Shown here piece after piece: positions 10,801-16,375 of a stretch of 64,000 nucleotides of DNA. Origin of the DNA: Chitinophagales bacterium (GTDB lineage Bacteria; Bacteroidota; Bacteroidia; Chitinophagales; Saprospiraceae). A program made the translations under genes and the position numbers. Each line of letters begins with the position of its first letter. Position 1 is the first letter of the stretch. The notes under the pieces are model-generated. The model made no database searches, was not told the DNA's origin, and saw only the letters and a list, made by a program, of their open reading frames with translations. The stretch is taken from positions 9,200-73,199 of the forward strand of contig JBBRVQ010000015.1 in the NCBI GenBank assembly GCA_038246735.1, written 5' to 3'.

Positions 10801-11613
10801 TGTCAGTTTTTCCAAACATGTAAGTACAAATTGACCCCAAGTCTGATTTGTCAATTTCCAAAAAATTCAACTTTTGATGGTGGCATAGATGGAAGTTTCA
10901 GCGATGGAGGAATGATGACTGAATGGACATTAAAGTCAGGAAGAGGAGTAGTCATCTCGGATGAAGGAATTGATTTCGAAAATGTACTTCTGATAGCTAA
11001 TAAAAACAATCCGTCTGATTTATATCAAAATTGTTGCTTAGATCCATTGGGGCAGAAAAAAATATTGAGTAATATACAATTGAATATTCAAAATTATGGA
11101 TACGAAAAATTGCAAGAAGGTAGCAAAATAAAAATATTTAGCGCCCCATCTGATGTGACAGTTACAGACTTAGATATCAAGGGTGAAATAGATATTTCAG
11201 CTATTTCTTTTGGGTGGAGTAATCTATCATTAGCACTTCAGGATGTAATATGGGAATACAATAATCTAGTAATACGGTTTGAAAATCCAAATGAAAATGA
11301 TGCGTTTATTCGAATCGATAATTTATGTTTGGATTTTGTAAGTGGAACCGCTGATGTTGATTCTAAAAACAATTTCTACATCTACCCTAACCCGACCACA
11401 GGTCACTTGACCATACAATTTACATCATCTACAGAACAAGATCTCACATTAAAAGTAATGGATGTTTTGGGCAGAGAAGTTAGTAGGAGTACCATCAATA
11501 TAGGTAGTACCAATTACAGCTTTAACATAGATGACTTTGCTGGTATTTATATCATTCAGCTGACGGATAAATCTGGTAATTCTTCTCAAAGGAAGGTGAT
11601 CAAAATAGAGTAA
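1897..11613 (+). CDS. giant (3238 aa) T9SS-secreted multidomain adhesin-like protein
   Basis: Uninterrupted 9.7-kb ORF with signal peptide MKNLIIIFFLVVPKIIWA|QSG. It has a PKD-like segment (VTYSWTFG...NGTYQVCLTVS) at about 3270-3480 and HYR/HYR-like modules at 3484-5455 plus one at about 9226-9480. SBBP-like beta-propeller repeats (NDIAFDNNDNIYIVGS) lie at about 5800-7100. The C-terminal sorting domain reads FYIYPNPTTGHLTIQF...GIYIIQLTDKSGNSSQRKVIKIE. Confidence 0.9.
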   Translation: MKNLIIIFFLVVPKIIWAQSGVNYGNTLTKETGYLIKADDNFVYTVGATFTNNVEFPIITKFNKGTYVKVWEKRLDISARINDLSFIGNDNTPAEMFLVGNTLPSGSSINNSSLLLKLNTASGNLDCSKIYNHSGGESFTRIIRHPNPSNSSYPYYILGAKAVTGAVNFDVTQMFLLNVSADCNASNFINFSRQYAQATPIDDEFHRGLIPISGGSLLLTGNRVDGGLGLIVVINGAGVVSEAKYNSWDMEIEDGIQLANGNFIFVAEDFSVSPRGAMIFMTDTKFEFLTGKSYPELNGFRDVFLDGNFVYTIGNKKETGNGLNEFPVIMKFNITNSPSVSITEIFSRNVGHIVGTSYTGGNLDLKAGKLHYIDSRTTLNNIGNIYIAESDINDNFECQGTVSLMPTIPDFSVTNTPVTSSSYTLPFATTLTAVNASFTTVLFCPLTVPCTVNFESQFGECGNVNFTSTTNLISPVTYSWTFGTTPQSTSALKNPVKKYLANGTYQVCLTVSSGNSSCNICKSITISNADTQAPVVTCQSNVQLTNNPGQCYATYAPQVTVTDNCDPMPTCNCVMTGVTSGPMIKNTLTQFNVGITTVTCTATDASGNVSIPCIFTVTVFDAQAPNIVCPPNVTISCTQNQDDYMITGQAAATDNCPGVIIAHTDIFSGNTCSGTITRTWRATDASGAIVTCVQLIKKEDKVAPVMSCPVNVTINCTQNPLPTLTGTALAVDDCQPGPIVPTFNDVTVGTGCSLYINRTWTANDGCGNIATCLQKIHFKDDIAPVVTCPPNLTINCIGNDWQTANYGNATATDNCSTPTIFNFNRTLTGTNCNGEIKSWWRAIDACGIQNECVQTITIMDNVAPLITCPPNITVSCNDNTNTSNTGTATAIDNCSGNNVIRFTDALPPQGCTQIIVRTWTATDACGNVSTCVQTITLKDDVAPSISCPPNLTLNCGANTNPAATGNPVTSDFCQTNLSVTFIDATSGTPCNLEITRTWTVNDGCGNTSTCIQIITVNDISAPTIFCPPSNLNPIECAANPNLGVLTNVADNCGGKIDQSNVDVLSINGCITIINRTWTVTDQCGNSATCAQTITMQDTKPPVITNCGKKYTIQGIRNIDGNCIANVTVISPNVTDLCDGTVTLTNSFNNTSNASGTYAMGQTILIWTAKDDCGLMTMCRDTVLVLECPNCCWDENAFNAVAATEFSIIRDECSIHISHPGLTPCQRVTYTWSTGVSSGYLTGTANASHDYVTSGDYTICALIEEVDVSGMVCFSAEKCYEVCVTCGDGCMDDRIVYECHDFSQVTRYQGSRNLTRYDLVHSNGFIYAANSIKIAQGDTDATITKMDANNCIVETLLIFGGSGFDEASSIKVNSSGTKMIVAGIYESFDFVISSSITMSGSNITMSSIGGPGIWNGFLLQIDIGTMKVDWAFSLGDGWRDNINDIAFDNNDNIYIVGSIRGQGTSPVVNFAPLGISNQVLTLGLASMYATDVYTGFVAKYDTNGRLIMYDVIQPYGMYNPRDGNASIGCNSIDIEGSNIYVGGYFQAGIPYVNGPSAINLPSQTIVIQVDINDVNKTTGWSNFVIKYDLNLQRNISQEIYSGLGDVYVERNQLRSLKLSPTDIFVGGSNFITKLDKNTLTQGLSYNSVYEINDIKVSGGMLYTIGSTTKGNPNLDFINSSPPYSVGIDIPIGIYDLDLNLKKNIILGGGRIEFGYGIEVVGNNFFVQGMSQSLDFKYDPPNGGIISAAPASDDANIFLGKYSCACEPNTDCCEDVSASFSGPEKCCKSLNLVNNAGFDISQVTIELITPDWILNTTGGASGYIYNPIANGIEITHTSGSLPTGTLNSLLETCLTGIPAASTSQQFVVNWYENSTSGNELVSCSDTLTMACNPAPPPLLCVKVNDIVVECDSENPNVYNVTFTVTNLTTNIQGTTAYLSGLPSDYLFNSCSGGTLSGSIALSIFPILAPGATSLPLCVQIYSLNPILNSESICFNINLKGLIGNILACCTEDEEMCVSLAPCCTPCDAIDITSSPLESEDDRCCYTLNVENNCEYAYFTKIEAEILTNDVHFGYLSTGTNWNNCTPPTLQEVCISPNAGTVGAGTLNNILEFCLTNINNASQIPQNIDFTLYAIDSTGNEVVACNKMLQFQCDTIPNDSCLIVTNAIAYCNPENEKYTISVTIQNNSSPDFCANEVVITPLQSGVAMPSVIVLSDFLCYGESTTINFMLNTNPFPDADGLFPVIFSLKNSLSGYCCRGGIAHIDTLVLPDCPCATLCCDSDENEDFENIALGNLPNNQVGWVNHQGSPQVVSGGANGSAQCIGLNAGIRGVRPGSVSYGMSGVVGPEIIFKENKLYCITFWAKLFPALNLYGRLGVYADGQLIGTVVIPSSNTLWTQYSFNFIAPPPGQEILIFTNESPAPADAGPSILLDQVCFEEIVQIFDDTTPPALTCPANLTINDTDNDCMVSYTIPNITVTDANGVESVTCYLDGTPVNIGSIHNLSNTLVHMILFVAEDICGNKDSCSYTITVRCQQCTCPATTSSFTLKPGNNATVNLSCGQPLTSIPTIDCPTAGINITGNFGCVLNSPVGSCPPNAISWTLDRPVLGDLTGTLTGPVFNWNQVSANLSDAGLYILTIKTLCSASVDSCLCVLKWNQRPCPPIDTCCKDERAFYVNTQYAVLPGKDEKDCKAFVNIDLLNPCIKIDKIDWGNGTSTNGPLPTGQTYYSPTLTNGNYTIVVTFSEYNTSGAKCWTNDVGFSIDLQCINPLCSCKYVYFKIEKDNVDCNNAPVKISCPNKTPVFISGNLGCTPTGCGTGTIQYNIRNSSNVSVTSGTFMAQYFNLQLLAGWFDPLGGQYSMELVTICGNNTCRCKLNFIVPACPKSCLCDDNFAAEVSLGFSTQHYTIPVCRKKFTPKNLCPNDKVKWTLNGIAMQSSTGTNPVIFNILPANSTVCMIVERMESPNKICRDTFCQFFQTCKYKLTPSLICQFPKNSTFDGGIDGSFSDGGMMTEWTLKSGRGVVISDEGIDFENVLLIANKNNPSDLYQNCCLDPLGQKKILSNIQLNIQNYGYEKLQEGSKIKIFSAPSDVTVTDLDIKGEIDISAISFGWSNLSLALQDVIWEYNNLVIRFENPNENDAFIRIDNLCLDFVSGTADVDSKNNFYIYPNPTTGHLTIQFTSSTEQDLTLKVMDVLGREVSRSTINIGSTNYSFNIDDFAGIYIIQLTDKSGNSSQRKVIKIE
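3484..5455 (+). repeat. eight tandem ~80-aa (about 240-nt period) HYR/HYR-like modules inside the giant CDS (protein-level repeat)
   Basis: Recurring pattern D-x-x-AP-x-(I/V)-x-CP(P)N(V/L)T(I/L)xC ... G.A.A.DNC ... (I/V)xRTW(T/R)A.D.CGN...C.Q.I...D. Units start near 3484, 3757, 3993, 4233, 4473, 4710, 4947 and 5187. Confidence 0.8.
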
Positions 11614-11634
11614 ACTTCCTAATAAATAAACAAT

Positions 11635-11670
11635 AATCCGAGTCGATTTTTTAATCGATTCGGATTTTAA
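11635..11670 (+). terminator. intrinsic terminator-like hairpin after the giant gene
   Basis: AATCCGAGTCGATT-tttt-AATCGATTCGGATT forms a 14-bp stem (one G.U) with a 4-nt loop, followed by TT. It starts 22 nt after the stop at 11613. Confidence 0.55.
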
Positions 11671-11686
11671 AAAAAATAAAATAAAA

Positions 11687-12484
11687 ATGCAAAAGATGAG
11701 TTTGATTTGTTTCCTAATCTTGAAAATATTTGTTGCTCATTGCCAATTTGGTATGGGCGATGTCAAAGAAATTAAAGCCATCCAAAAGAGAAACTTGATT
11801 GTAATGCTCGAAGATGTTGCGCAAGCCGGCAAGGACAATAGTGCTTATTTAAATGATATTAAAGATTATAATGAAAATATAAAATTTATGGTTCAGAAGT
11901 ATTGGCCATATAATAAAGATTCTATTATATTCAAAACATATAATGAAGTGGAAAAAATAAAAAAAATGAAATCAAAAAAGTATGCTGTTATGTACTGTAT
12001 TTCAGCCATACCATCCAATACAATGTCAGGGTATTACAATGAAAAGGGTATTTTATGGGAAGATGATATGCATAAAGATGTTTTAAATAAAGAAACACTA
12101 ACTACAACGAATTTTGAGATTAATCTTATAGAAGACTTTGGAAATAAACCTGTCTTTTATACACCTTTGTACAAAGTTTTTCCGAGTAAACCATCTTTAA
12201 TTTTTGGTATTCAGAATGCTATAGCATACTTTGATTTTCGATTAAAAAAGACAACTAAGGAAAAAAAACTTAACAAAGAAGAAGAGATAAATTTGATGAT
12301 TAGTCAAAATGCCCCGATGCTAAAATCCAAGACCTTACTTATAAAGAAATTGTGGTCAAATGAAGAATTCAACGATACAGAAATAAAAAAATACTATGGT
12401 TACGAGTATATGATTTGTTCCGAAACTGAATTTGAGACTGCTATTATAAATAATGATCCAAGGTATGCCTACTTTGTTATCTAA
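11687..12484 (+). CDS. hypothetical secreted protein (the reading frame continues past an in-frame TAA to 12688)
   Basis: ORF with signal peptide MQKMSLICFLILKIFVAHC|QFG. After TAA at 12482-12484 the same frame stays open for 67 more codons (PIVVSSRSSNFIVYAQYIYNCEDQKLMGFVKPSVGALMGASYFGGKAGDRIITKKSLKTFKKQIDDN*). Confidence 0.6.
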   Translation: MQKMSLICFLILKIFVAHCQFGMGDVKEIKAIQKRNLIVMLEDVAQAGKDNSAYLNDIKDYNENIKFMVQKYWPYNKDSIIFKTYNEVEKIKKMKSKKYAVMYCISAIPSNTMSGYYNEKGILWEDDMHKDVLNKETLTTTNFEINLIEDFGNKPVFYTPLYKVFPSKPSLIFGIQNAIAYFDFRLKKTTKEKKLNKEEEINLMISQNAPMLKSKTLLIKKLWSNEEFNDTEIKKYYGYEYMICSETEFETAIINNDPRYAYFVI

Positions 12485-12787
12485 CCAATTGTTGTTTCTT
12501 CACGTAGCTCTAATTTTATAGTTTATGCTCAATATATTTATAATTGCGAAGATCAGAAATTAATGGGCTTTGTTAAGCCAAGCGTTGGTGCTTTGATGGG
12601 TGCAAGCTATTTTGGTGGTAAGGCAGGTGATAGAATCATAACTAAGAAATCACTCAAAACATTCAAGAAACAAATAGATGATAATTGATGATGATCAATT
12701 CTATAAATTATAATTTAAGATATTGTGGGAAAATGAAATTCCCATCCATATTGGTCACTTACTCATTCCAATAATGTTTCCTTCTAT

Positions 12788-12808
12788 TGGTGCAAGTTTG
12801 CAACTTGT
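12788..12808 (+). repeat. left copy of a 21-nt direct repeat TGG(T/C)GCAAGTTTGCAACTTGT
   Basis: 20/21 identical to 14140-14160. It contains the hairpin GCAAGTT-tgc-AACTTG(t). Confidence 0.7.
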
Positions 12809-12872
12809 GCCTCCTACTTACTAATAATTAAAGACATATCATCTCTATTATTTTCTCATAAAGAATTCCTTT

Positions 12873-13010
12873 TTACCCAGTATAATCTCTGGCGCTGCTA
12901 AAAATATAGTGTTCAACTTCTGCCACTATTCCCGCAGTTATATGATTATTATCCACAAAATAAATCTTCTGAAAGGTGTCGTATGCCTGATTGAAATGAT
13001 CCCTGAGGGA
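12873..13010 (-). pseudogene. C-terminal remnant (45 codons) of an IS200/IS605-like Y1 transposase / RAYT-like (COG1943-type) protein
   Basis: Minus-strand translation gives SLRDHFNQAYDTFQKIYFVDNNHITAGIVAEVEHYIFSSARDYTG*. This matches the family C-terminal motif Y-I-x-x-N-P-V-x-A-G-L-V-x4-D-Y/W-x-Y/F-S-S-A-x-D-Y. There is no start codon and no catalytic HUH or Tyr region upstream. Confidence 0.45.
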
Positions 13011-13504
13011 TCAGACTTTGTTTGATATAAATAAATGGTGAAAAACCGACCCTGGCAGGGTCGCACAAAAGAAAAAATGTGGTTTATTGATCTTGAATAG
13101 TCTGACTCCGCCAGAGTCAGACGAAACTCATATTTAAAATTTTCAACCATAATCAGACTTCTCTGAAGTCTGGGTCGTATGCCTGATTGAAATGATCCCT
13201 GAGGGATCAGACTTTGTTTGATGAATAAGGAGTTCAGGAATACCGCCCTTGGCAGGGTCGCACAAAGGATGAATGTGGTTTATTGATCTTGAATAGTATG
13301 ACTCCGCCAGAGTCAGACGAAACTCATATTTAAAATTTTCAACCATAGTCAGACTTCTCTGAAGTCTTGGTGTTATGCCTGATTGAAATGATCCCTGAGA
13401 GATCAGACTTTGTTTGATATAAATAAATGGTGAAAAACCGACCCTGGCAGGGTCGCACAAAGGAATGAATGTGGTTTATTGATCTTGAACAGTGTGACTC
13501 CGCC
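12962..13504. repeat. tandem array, about 2.75 copies of a 196-bp unit, each unit carrying four different GC-rich palindromic hairpins
   Basis: Unit starts (GTCGTATGCC / GTGTTATGCC) lie at 12978, 13174 and 13370. The hairpins per unit are TGATCCC-tga-GGGATCA, CGACCCTG-g-CAGGGTCG, TCTGACTC-cgcca-GAGTCAGA and CAGACTTC-tct-GAAGTCTG. Copy 2 has a diverged ~25-nt segment between hairpins 1 and 2. Confidence 0.85.
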
Positions 13505-13591
13505 TGCTGTGTATGATAATACTTTTAAAGAGCTTTACTTTGAAATTGAAACCAATCATTATCTAAAAATGTTAATAACAAAAAAATAAAG

Positions 13592-13831
13592 GTGCAAACA
13601 GCTGAACTAAAATCCAAACTCATCAATAAAATCATGTCCATAAATGATGAGCACTTGTTGATGGAAGCTAGTAGACTTATAAGTATGGAAGGTTCAGATG
13701 AGGAGGAAGTATTTATTTTTTCAGAAACACAGTCGGAAAAAATAGAAGCTGCACTACATCAAATTGAAAAGGGTGAATATTTGATTGCCGATGATGCCAA
13801 CAAGGAAATAGAGCAATGGCTAAAAAAATAA
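13592..13831 (+). CDS. putative addiction-module antitoxin (small acidic protein upstream of the ParE-like toxin)
   Basis: 79-aa ORF (GTG start) MQTAELKSKLINKIMSINDEHLL... Its stop overlaps the start of a RelE/ParE-like reading frame, the typical type II TA arrangement. Confidence 0.6.
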   Translation: MQTAELKSKLINKIMSINDEHLLMEASRLISMEGSDEEEVFIFSETQSEKIEAALHQIEKGEYLIADDANKEIEQWLKK

Positions 13832-14121
13832 TCTAGTCAACAAATGCCCAACTTGATAGAAAGGAAATTTTAGCTTATTGGATTAATAGAAACAAATCAA
13901 ATGTCTATAGCATAAAGTTAAACCACATCTTTGTTGAAACCTCACTACTACTGGCTATCCTTCCACTAACGGGTAGAAAGACTTCCATCGAAAATGTTCA
14001 TGTAAAAATAGTTAGAGATTATATGATGGCTTATAAAAGTACAGCCACAGAGCTACAGATTTTAGCTATTTTTGATACAAGACAAAATCCAGACAAATTG
14101 GATGAGATTATTAAGATGTAG
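13816..14121 (+). pseudogene. RelE/ParE-family toxin with premature TAG at codon 7
   Basis: ATG at 13816 overlaps the antitoxin stop. Translation is MAKKII*STNAQLDRKEILAYWINRNKSNVYSIKLNHIFVETSLLLAILPLTGRKTSIENVHVKIVRDYMMAYKSTATELQILAIFDTRQNPDKLDEIIKM*. TAG at 13834-13836 sits where family members have Trp (TGG). Confidence 0.7.
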
Positions 14122-14139
14122 AAAGTGGAATTCAGCAAA

Positions 14140-14160
14140 TGGCGCAAGTTTGCAACTTGT
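14140..14160 (+). repeat. right copy of the 21-nt direct repeat TGG(T/C)GCAAGTTTGCAACTTGT
   Basis: 20/21 identical to 12788-12808. It begins 19 nt after the ParE pseudogene stop. Confidence 0.7.
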
Positions 14161-14393
14161 AGGCTCGGGTTCAGAAAGTGAGCAACAGAGCATATTCAAA
14201 ATTAAAAAACCTATACAATACTTGACAAAATAACATTATTTTTTAATCTAAAACATCCATATTGTACTCAAATTTACAAATGTCACTCTGAAATATATGA
14301 AAAGCTAACAGTTAATTTCAGTTTTAAGTCTATTCCAATAGATTATACCTAATCTAACGATATAAAACATTTCCCAAGTATACAAAAAAATGT

Positions 14394-14401
14394 TACTTTT
14401 G
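14394..14401 (+). promoter_or_regulatory. candidate -7 box TACTTTTG
   Basis: TAnnTTTG match 16 nt upstream of ATG 14417. It lies inside the N-terminal extension of the ORF-track call (14390), so the shorter start is preferred. Confidence 0.35.
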
Positions 14402-14416
14402 CGTTTTATTTTAAAA

Positions 14417-16375
14417 ATGAAAAATTATAATATGTTTAATAAGATTTTTATATGCATATCTGCTTTGTTTCTATCTTTCGGTATCATTGGTCAAGATAGG
14501 GACGAAGTATTGATGAGAGTTGGAAATTCTGATGTAAGAGTATCTGAATTCAAGTATATTTATGAAAAAAATAATGGTACAAATGCGGATTATAGTGATA
14601 AAAATATAAATGAATATCTTGATCTATACATAAAGTTTAAACTAAAAGTAGAAAAAGCTAAACAGCTGCAACTAGATACGATAAGTGCTCTAATTACTGA
14701 ATTAAGTGGTTACCGGAAGCAGTTGGCAAGTTCTTATCTTATTGATAAAGAGGTAACAGAGTTTTTATTAAGAGAGTTGTACGATCGTATGAAATATGAT
14801 GTTGAATTTAGTCATATTTTCATTCCTGTGGCCGAAGGGGCAACTAAAGCAGTAAGAGAAGAAGCTAAAAGTAAACTCAGAGAAATTAAATCAAAGATCG
14901 TCGGAGGTATGACATTTGAAAATGCTGCATCTGAATTTTCTCAGGACAGGACAACAGCTTTGAAGGGTGGGAATATGGGATATTTTACAGCCAAGCTGCC
15001 TTCTGGCTTTTATGAACTTGAGTCTGCATTGTATAAACTTAAGCCAGATCAGATTTCTGATATGGTAGAATCAAGGATAGGATTTCATTTGGTCAAAGTG
15101 ACCCATACAAGGCCTGCAAGGGGCATAATGGAAGTTGCTCATATACTACTAAAACAGGAACAGCAGAATTTGGCAGATAGTATTTACAACGAATTGCAAA
15201 AAGGAAAAGACTTTGATGTCTTTGCATTAAATTATTCCATAGATAAGACAACAACAAAAAACGGGGGTAAACTACCTCCATTTGGAATTAATACCTATGA
15301 CAAGATTTTTGAAGAAACAGCGTTCGGTTTAAGCAAAGATGGAGCAGTATCAAAACCAGTGCTAACCAAGTCAGGCTGGCATATTATTAAAAGGCTGGCA
15401 AAACCATTACCGGACAGTTATGAGCTTTTTGTCAGAAAAATGAAAGCTCAGATCAATAAGGATCAAAGATTTGATGCAGCAAAACTTAGTTTAATCAGTG
15501 ATATCAAAAAAGCAGCCGGATATAAAGAGGACAGAAATGAGTTACAAAGGTTTTCTGCATCACTTAATGAGGAATTTTATTCTTATAAATGGAATCCAGA
15601 TAGTTCACTCCAATCAAAAATGGTCTTTTCGTTAGGAGGCAATAACATTTATACTATTAAGAATTTTGCTGATTACTGCAAAAAAAATACAAAAACAAGA
15701 TTGAAATATGATAAATCAAAACCTATATCTGAAACCATAGATGAATTGTTTACAGAATATGTTAATGAATCAGCTATGGAGTATGAAGAAAAAACACTGG
15801 AACTAAAGTATGGAGATTTTAAGTCTCTGATGAGAGAATATGAAGAAGGAATTTTGTTGTTCGAAGCAACTAAAATTAATGTTTGGGATAAAGCAAATCA
15901 GGATACCGTCGGATTGAAGATATATTATGATAAAAATAAAGGTGAGTATATTTGGCCTGAAAAATCAGCTATAGTTGATTATAAAATATCAGGCGTAGAT
16001 AAAAAGACTGCAGAAAAAATTTATAAATATGCAGTAAAGAACGACATATCAAAAGTTGAAAAGAAGTTTAATAAAAAAGCAAAAGTCGTTCAAGTAACAA
16101 ATAACGAATTTGAAACCGGAGCTAAAGAATTAAGTGGGCTTGAATGGAAAAAAGGTTCCGTAACCGGCATGATCATTGAGCCATCCGGCAAAGAATTTTC
16201 TTTCAAAAAAGTAACCGATATTATTCCTTCAAAGCAAAAATCACTTTCTGAAGCCAGAGGGTATGTTGTGGCTGATTATCAGGATTATCTTGAAAAAGAG
16301 TGGATAGGCCAACTCTCTAAAGAGTTTAATGTTGAAGTTAACAAAGAAATTTTGTCGAAACTTAAAAAACAATAG
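14417..16375 (+). CDS. peptidyl-prolyl cis-trans isomerase, parvulin type (SurA/PpiD-like periplasmic chaperone)
   Basis: Signal peptide MKNYNMFNKIFICISALFLSFGIIG|QDR. Parvulin motif GGNMGYFTAKLPSGFYE...RIGFHLVKV and a second degenerate PPIC region ...SGWHIIKR. Confidence 0.8.
   Translation: MKNYNMFNKIFICISALFLSFGIIGQDRDEVLMRVGNSDVRVSEFKYIYEKNNGTNADYSDKNINEYLDLYIKFKLKVEKAKQLQLDTISALITELSGYRKQLASSYLIDKEVTEFLLRELYDRMKYDVEFSHIFIPVAEGATKAVREEAKSKLREIKSKIVGGMTFENAASEFSQDRTTALKGGNMGYFTAKLPSGFYELESALYKLKPDQISDMVESRIGFHLVKVTHTRPARGIMEVAHILLKQEQQNLADSIYNELQKGKDFDVFALNYSIDKTTTKNGGKLPPFGINTYDKIFEETAFGLSKDGAVSKPVLTKSGWHIIKRLAKPLPDSYELFVRKMKAQINKDQRFDAAKLSLISDIKKAAGYKEDRNELQRFSASLNEEFYSYKWNPDSSLQSKMVFSLGGNNIYTIKNFADYCKKNTKTRLKYDKSKPISETIDELFTEYVNESAMEYEEKTLELKYGDFKSLMREYEEGILLFEATKINVWDKANQDTVGLKIYYDKNKGEYIWPEKSAIVDYKISGVDKKTAEKIYKYAVKNDISKVEKKFNKKAKVVQVTNNEFETGAKELSGLEWKKGSVTGMIIEPSGKEFSFKKVTDIIPSKQKSLSEARGYVVADYQDYLEKEWIGQLSKEFNVEVNKEILSKLKKQ

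Noticed and set aside
2775-10854. Many antisense or alternative-frame ORFs inside the giant adhesin gene (e.g. 3840-4286, 4311-4661, 6972-7337, 10092-10589)
   Set aside because: They are embedded in a 9.7-kb ORF with clear domain content. Their translations are low-complexity with no motifs. This is the typical shadow-ORF effect opposite a long coding frame.
12938-13460. Minus-strand ORFs 12938-13150 (70 aa) and 13143-13460 (105 aa) with repeated peptide MVENFKYEFRLTLAES...
   Set aside because: They run through the 196-bp tandem repeat, whose period is not a multiple of 3, so the frame changes from copy to copy. Their length reflects the stop-poor GC-rich hairpins. There is no recognisable family and no sensible start context.
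12962-13504. CRISPR array interpretation of the hairpin repeats
   Set aside because: The whole 196-bp unit, including the inter-hairpin segments, is repeated. The four palindromes differ from one another rather than being one repeat separated by unique spacers. No cas genes are in the window.
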